Of a DNA stretch of 50,565 nucleotides, positions 45,588-50,565 are shown in pieces. The translations under genes were made by a program, and so were the position numbers. The notes beneath the pieces are model-generated. The model did not search any database, was not told the DNA's origin, and was given only the letters and a program-made list of their open reading frames with translations. Location of the stretch: assembly GCA_031256175.1 (NCBI GenBank), contig JAIRRC010000016.1, positions 1 to 50,565 of the forward strand. The letters are read 5' to 3'. The DNA comes from Rickettsiales bacterium (GTDB lineage: Bacteria > Pseudomonadota > Alphaproteobacteria > Rs-D84). Every line of letters starts with the position of its first letter. Within the stretch, counting starts at the first letter, position 1.

Positions 45588-48500
45588 TTAAATTTTTCGT
45601 AGACAGGCCCGTCACAACTTTGATGTTCGTCATGTTCTGGGTGATACTCGGCTTATGGTCGTTCCCGAAGATGAACGTCGAACGCGCGCCCGCGATGGAT
45701 TTCCCGATGGTGTCCGCGACGCTTATTTATCCCGGCGCGAACCCTTCCGAAATAGAGGAACAGGTCATAAAACCCATAGAAAGCGCCATCGCCGAAGTGT
45801 CGCAGATAAAGCGCCTTTCGTCGCAGGCCTTCGAAAGCGGCGGCTTCGTCATGGTCGAATTCACGATGGAATCCGACATAAACCACAAGCTGCTTGAAGT
45901 CAAAGACAAGGTCGAGGCTATCGTCCTAAACCTGCCGGCAGAGCTTAAAAAGCCGCGCATCGAAAAGCTGAACGTCATGCAGGAATCCGTCATGGACATG
46001 GTCATTTATAATGACGGCGAGGAAGACGCGGAATTCCTTAAAAAGGCATACACATACGCCGAAGAAGTCCTGGCGAACAAGCTTACCGCCATAACCGGCG
46101 TCGCTTCGGCCAAGGTCATCGGCGGGCGCGAGCGCGCGATACGCATCGACCTTAACCCGGTCCTTATGATGTCGCGCGGAATCGGAATTTCCGACATAAC
46201 CGCCGCGCTCGGGCAAAGCAACCTGAACTTTCCGGGCGGCAAAATCGAATACGGCGCCGGTTCCATGCAGGTGCGCTTCGTCGGCGAATTCGCGTCCGTC
46301 AAAGACATCGCGAACCTTTCCATAACCACTTCGGAAGGCGGAAGATTCCGCCTGAAAGACGTTGCGTCCGTTTCGGATTCCAGCCGAAAGCAGGAAAGCG
46401 GCGCGCGCATGAACGGAAGCGACATGGTCATGATTTCAATCGTCAAAGCTTCCGACGGAAACGCGATAAGGATTTCCAAAGCCGTAGAAAAAAACATGAA
46501 AAAATATGCCGCCGCGACGCGCGCCGAACTTGGCGACGCGGCGCAGCTTAAAGTCGTCAGCAATTCCGCGACCGCGATTTCGAACGAAACCAGTTCGACC
46601 CTTAACGGCATCATTCTTGGCATGATTCTTACCATCGCCGTCCTGCTTGCATTCACGCGCAACTGGCGCACCACAATCATCGCGTGCGTCGTCATACCGG
46701 CGTCGCTAATCGCGGGATTCTTCTTCATGAGCGCGAGCAATTTCACGATAAATTCCTTCACGATGCTTGCGATGGCTACTGCTCTCGGCTCGCTTATATT
46801 CAACGCCATCATTATAATCGAGAGCGCGCTTATGCTTATGCACGAGGGCGCTTCGCCGCGCGACGCCGCAATCAACGGCACCGGCCGCGTCGCGGCGGCG
46901 GTTCTGGCGGGCGCGGGAACGAACATGGCGGTTTTCATACCCCTTGCGATGATGGACGGAATCGCGGGCCTGTTCATGAGCCAGTTCGGAATGTCGGTCG
47001 TGTATCTTACGATATTGTCGCTTATGTTCTCGTTCAGTCTTACACCGATGATGATTGCGCTTATGCTTCGCGTCAAAAAAGAAAAAGCGAAAGTCAAAAA
47101 GGAAGAAGTGGAGGGAATTTTCAAAAAGATTTTCGAATTCCAATTCAAGCGGCCGCTTGTCGTCATCGGCGCGTCGTTCGGCGTCCTGATATTTTCCATG
47201 ATGCTGATGCCGTTCGTCGGAAACGAATTCAAGCCCGAAACCGACACTTCGGAAATCTCGGTCATAGCCGAGGCGCCGCGCGGCGCGACTTACGCCAAGT
47301 CGCTGGGCATCGCCGAAGCGGTCGAGGACAAGCTTAAAAAATTCCCGGAAGTCGTCGCGACATCGACCCGAATAGGCGAGCGCGGCGTCGAGAATATATT
47401 GGTCGTCGCAACGCTTAAACCGCAGGGCGAACGCGGCATTTCGGACAAGCGCCTGGCGCAGCTTATGGTGCCCGCCATGGCCGACATAATCGACGCCGAA
47501 ATCCAGGTGAAGCCCGGCAAAGTCATGGCCGGCATGGCTTCCGACATAACCATAAACATTTTCGGCGACAACGACGAAGTCCGCGAAGGATACGCCGCGC
47601 GCGCGATAGACGCCCTGAACAACATGCCGGAAATCCAATCGGCGCGCCTGTCCGCGAAAAACCCCGGATACGAATACCGCTTCGTTCCGAACGCCGCCAA
47701 GATGAATCTTTACGGCGTCAACAACCAGCAGGCCGCGTTCGTCCTGCGCGCCGCGCTTTACGGCAACGACAACTACAAGTTCCGCGACAACGGCGAAGAG
47801 GTCCCGATTATAGTAAGCGTCGGCGACGAATTCGTGAATCCCGACATGTTCGAAAACATAATGGTGAAGTCGGTCAAAGGGCTTGTGCCGCTGGCCGAGC
47901 TTGGCGAAATAAAACGCGCGCCCGCGTCGCCGAACATCTACCGCCGCGACAAGGCGCGGGTCAGCGAAATCCAAGTGATACTCGGCAAATCGACGATGGG
48001 CCCGGTGCAGGGCAAAATATCGGAATCCTTCAACAAGTTCGATTTCGCGCCCGGATACGGATTCTATTTCGCCGGCATGGGCGAAATCCAGGCGGAAACC
48101 ACGGGCGAAATGGCGGGCGCGTTTCTGCTCGCGGTCATACTTACGTATATGCTTCTCGCGGCGATTATGAATTCGATGCTGCATCCGTTCACGATAGCGA
48201 CGGGAATCCTGACTTCGTTTTCGGGCGTGTTCATAATGCTGTTCCTGTCGGGCGCGTCGATTAACATCGCGGCTATGCTTTCAATCATCATGCTTGTGGG
48301 GCTTGCGGTGAACAACAACATAATCATCCTGGAACCGGCCGTCGCGGAAATCCGGAAGGGCGGCGACATGAAAAAAGTTCTGTGGAAGACGTATCACGAA
48401 AGGTCGCGCATGGTCGTCATGACGTCCATCGCGGTGGCGGCGGGAATGGTGCCGCAGCTTTGGTCGGCCGAAGGAATGAAATCCTCTATGGGCGCGGTCA

Positions 48501-48616
48501 TAGTCGGTGGTATGCTGGCGGCGCTGGCGTTCACGTTCGTCCTGACGCCGGCGCTGTTCATAACGATGGAAAAAATCAGAAGCAAAGCGATGGGTATAAA
48601 ATGGCCGTTAAAATAA
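45584..48616 (+). CDS. RND efflux transporter (AcrB/MdtB-like)
   Basis: FVDRPV N-terminus; PGANPSEIEEQVIKPIE; IYRRDKAR; RSRMVVMTS; about 12 TM; TM4 atypical. Confidence 0.95.
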   Translation: MIKFFVDRPVTTLMFVMFWVILGLWSFPKMNVERAPAMDFPMVSATLIYPGANPSEIEEQVIKPIESAIAEVSQIKRLSSQAFESGGFVMVEFTMESDINHKLLEVKDKVEAIVLNLPAELKKPRIEKLNVMQESVMDMVIYNDGEEDAEFLKKAYTYAEEVLANKLTAITGVASAKVIGGRERAIRIDLNPVLMMSRGIGISDITAALGQSNLNFPGGKIEYGAGSMQVRFVGEFASVKDIANLSITTSEGGRFRLKDVASVSDSSRKQESGARMNGSDMVMISIVKASDGNAIRISKAVEKNMKKYAAATRAELGDAAQLKVVSNSATAISNETSSTLNGIILGMILTIAVLLAFTRNWRTTIIACVVIPASLIAGFFFMSASNFTINSFTMLAMATALGSLIFNAIIIIESALMLMHEGASPRDAAINGTGRVAAAVLAGAGTNMAVFIPLAMMDGIAGLFMSQFGMSVVYLTILSLMFSFSLTPMMIALMLRVKKEKAKVKKEEVEGIFKKIFEFQFKRPLVVIGASFGVLIFSMMLMPFVGNEFKPETDTSEISVIAEAPRGATYAKSLGIAEAVEDKLKKFPEVVATSTRIGERGVENILVVATLKPQGERGISDKRLAQLMVPAMADIIDAEIQVKPGKVMAGMASDITINIFGDNDEVREGYAARAIDALNNMPEIQSARLSAKNPGYEYRFVPNAAKMNLYGVNNQQAAFVLRAALYGNDNYKFRDNGEEVPIIVSVGDEFVNPDMFENIMVKSVKGLVPLAELGEIKRAPASPNIYRRDKARVSEIQVILGKSTMGPVQGKISESFNKFDFAPGYGFYFAGMGEIQAETTGEMAGAFLLAVILTYMLLAAIMNSMLHPFTIATGILTSFSGVFIMLFLSGASINIAAMLSIIMLVGLAVNNNIIILEPAVAEIRKGGDMKKVLWKTYHERSRMVVMTSIAVAAGMVPQLWSAEGMKSSMGAVIVGGMLAALAFTFVLTPALFITMEKIRSKAMGIKWPLK

Positions 48617-49209
48617 TCTTGTTCGATTTCGACGGAACGCTTAGCAGCGGCGACGCGAATTTCGGATTCTATTATTATACCTTTCGGCGAAGCTGGCGCC
48701 CGGCGCTGTTCCTGCCGCTGATAGCGGCCGGCGCAATCGCCAAACTGTTCAATCCTTACGGCATATGGCCGCGCGAAACCATGCGAAGGTATCTGACCGC
48801 GAATATGGTCAAGAAATTCGCGCCGGGATTTATCGCGGAGCATAAGCGGAACCGGTTCGGCTGGGCCGCGGACAAAACCGCCGAAGAAAAAGCGCGCGGC
48901 GCAATCGTCATCTGCATATCCGCAAGCCCGAATTATCTGTTGAAACCATTGGTCGCGGATTTGGGATTCGATTTCGTGATTTGTTCGGAAATGGAAAAGG
49001 CCAGGCCTTGGAAATACGCGAAGCCGTGCTGGAATAAATACAAAGTCGCGCGATTGGCGGAATGGATGATGGAAGAGGAAATAGAAAAGACAGACGTCGT
49101 CCGCGCATATTCAGATTCCAAGTCCGATTTGCCGATGATGGACCTTGCGAAGGAACAGGTTTGGATTAATCCTAGGACAGGAACTCGAAGTTGCCGACGG
49201 CGCGGGTGA
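48601..49209 (+). CDS. HAD-IB family hydrolase
   Basis: LFDFDGTL motif I, ISAS motif II, NKYK, AYSDSKSDLPMM motif IV; ATG 48601. Confidence 0.9.
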   Translation: MAVKIILFDFDGTLSSGDANFGFYYYTFRRSWRPALFLPLIAAGAIAKLFNPYGIWPRETMRRYLTANMVKKFAPGFIAEHKRNRFGWAADKTAEEKARGAIVICISASPNYLLKPLVADLGFDFVICSEMEKARPWKYAKPCWNKYKVARLAEWMMEEEIEKTDVVRAYSDSKSDLPMMDLAKEQVWINPRTGTRSCRRRG

Positions 49210-50314
49210 TGGCGGCGACAAGCTTGTCCTGGTGCGCGGATGTATTCAGCAATTTTTCCTCGTCCGCGTTGGACAGATGGCCAAGTTCCACCAGGACCGA
49301 CGGAACGCTGGACTTCAATACCGCGAAGGGCGCATAGCGCAGGGGATTTTCCTGCAATTTTATTCCGCCTTGCTTCGTGGTTTTCACCAAGCCCGAACCG
49401 AACGCGACGGAACTTTCCGCGACCACCTGCTGCTGCAACGAAGACAGCGCCATCTTAATCTCGGGCTCGAAGCGTTGGAAATTGTCGACCGAAATCCTGT
49501 CCGCGGCGTTTTCGGCCTCGGCCGTTTTCATCGCTTCGGCGTCGGACGCTTTTTTCGACAAAGTATAGGTCGAAAAGCCCTGGGTTTTCTTCGACGGATT
49601 CGCGTTGGCGTGGATGGAGATGAACAGGTCCGCGTTCTTGGATTCCGCCAGCGCGGCGCGGGTGTTAAGGTTCAAAAATATGTCGGTGTCGCGCGTCATA
49701 TGGATTTCGTAATCGCCGCGCAGATTGTCGCGCAGTTTTTTCGCGACCTTCAAGACTATGTCTTTTTCTTTCGTCTTGTTCGCCTTGCCGATGGTGCCCG
49801 GGTCCTTGCCGCCGTGCCCGGCGTCGATGACTATGATTTTCTTTCCGCTTGCGCTGCGCCCTGGCGCGGTTGCGGGCGCGACGGCGGTCTTGTCCGCAGA
49901 ATCGAAGTCCAGAACAAGGCGGAAGTTCTTGCCGGTGCCGCCGGGTTCTAGAATCATGGTTTGTTTCTTCGGGATTTCGGCTATGGCGCGCGTCAGCGCG
50001 GCGGTTATGACGACATTGCCGCCGGATTCCACGGCGGTCATGTTCGACACCAATGTTCCGTTGGCCATTTCGGGCACGGCGCCGCCCGCGGCGTCGTTGA
50101 TGGTGATTTTCAGCTGGCCGGCCGGATAGGCCAGGGAGTATGAAGGTTTTTTCGCGGTTTCGACGACTATGCGGGTCTGGCCGTTGGTTTGTTTCCCGGT
50201 CCGCATGGCGCGCAGGGTGTTCGCGGGCGCGGCAAGGGCGGCGCGCGGTATGACAAGCAGCGCGGCGGCCGAACATGCGGCGATTTTCATAAATTCGCGG
50301 CGGGATATTTCCAT
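49172..50314 (-). CDS. amiC: N-acetylmuramoyl-L-alanine amidase (Amidase_3 with AMIN domain, Tat signal)
   Basis: SRREFMK twin-arginine motif; IDAGHGGKDPG, LFISIHAN, VLVELGHLSN. Confidence 0.93.
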   Translation of the reverse strand: MEISRREFMKIAACSAAALLVIPRAALAAPANTLRAMRTGKQTNGQTRIVVETAKKPSYSLAYPAGQLKITINDAAGGAVPEMANGTLVSNMTAVESGGNVVITAALTRAIAEIPKKQTMILEPGGTGKNFRLVLDFDSADKTAVAPATAPGRSASGKKIIVIDAGHGGKDPGTIGKANKTKEKDIVLKVAKKLRDNLRGDYEIHMTRDTDIFLNLNTRAALAESKNADLFISIHANANPSKKTQGFSTYTLSKKASDAEAMKTAEAENAADRISVDNFQRFEPEIKMALSSLQQQVVAESSVAFGSGLVKTTKQGGIKLQENPLRYAPFAVLKSSVPSVLVELGHLSNADEEKLLNTSAHQDKLVAAITRAVGNFEFLS

Positions 50315-50422
50315 ATGTGAATTATATCACAAATGAATAAAAAATCCAACCGCAATACAAATGTCATCCTTGCGGGAATGGGGTTGGATAAATCCCAAAA
50401 CGGGGTTAAGGAAGTAAAAAAC

Positions 50423-50445
50423 AACTCCCCCGCAAGGGGAGAGTT
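50423..50445 (-). terminator. Intrinsic terminator of the edge gene
   Basis: AACTCCCCC-GCAA-GGGGAGAGTT hairpin with an A-run on the + strand at 50416..50421. Confidence 0.7.
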
Positions 50446-50448
50446 AAT

Positions 50449-50565
50449 TTATTCTTCAACGCATTCGCTTTGGTCGGCATTTGGTATCGTATTATCAGTG
50501 CATGTATGGCAGGTCATTTCGCCTTCGGCAGAGACGCTATTATTTGCACACGCATTTACCCCCCC
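50449..50565 (-). CDS. C-terminus of a Cys-rich protein entering from the right edge
   Basis: Manual translation GGVNACANNSVSAEGEMTCHTCTDNTIPNADQSECVEE*, followed by a terminator. Confidence 0.6.
   Translation of the reverse strand, partial: GGVNACANNSVSAEGEMTCHTCTDNTIPNADQSECVEE

Overview
About 50.5 kb of mostly core bacterial chromosome, GC-rich, probably alphaproteobacterial (inferred from GroEL signatures such as [17 protein letters not shown]). It holds roughly 55 CDS: purF/purL/purH, argB/argC, dapB/ddh, cysS, groES/groEL, Fe-SOD, creD, an SSS and an ABC transporter, a MarR-TolC-adaptor-RND operon, a Tat-exported amidase and several outer-membrane beta-barrels. There are three tRNA genes. 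I saw no rRNA, CRISPR array, integrase, transposase or reverse transcriptase. The most unusual signal is non-coding: all three tRNAs (Ser-CGA, Leu-AAG, Cys-GCA) are followed by a related 93-95 bp structured element and then an exact 22-bp copy of that tRNA's own positions 55-76. This looks like a small tRNA T-loop-targeting element family. Other notable items: a rare A34 tRNA-Leu(AAG) with matching CTT codon bias; a stand-alone ~165-nt candidate sRNA with two anti-Shine-Dalgarno loops; a G12 tract in a beta-barrel promoter spacer; an RND pump lacking the TM4 aspartates, paired with a hairpin-less adaptor; an HTH-SDR fusion lacking the catalytic Lys; and a direct-repeat-bounded class III Fic cassette. 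All calls are by-eye motif recognition; no searches were run.
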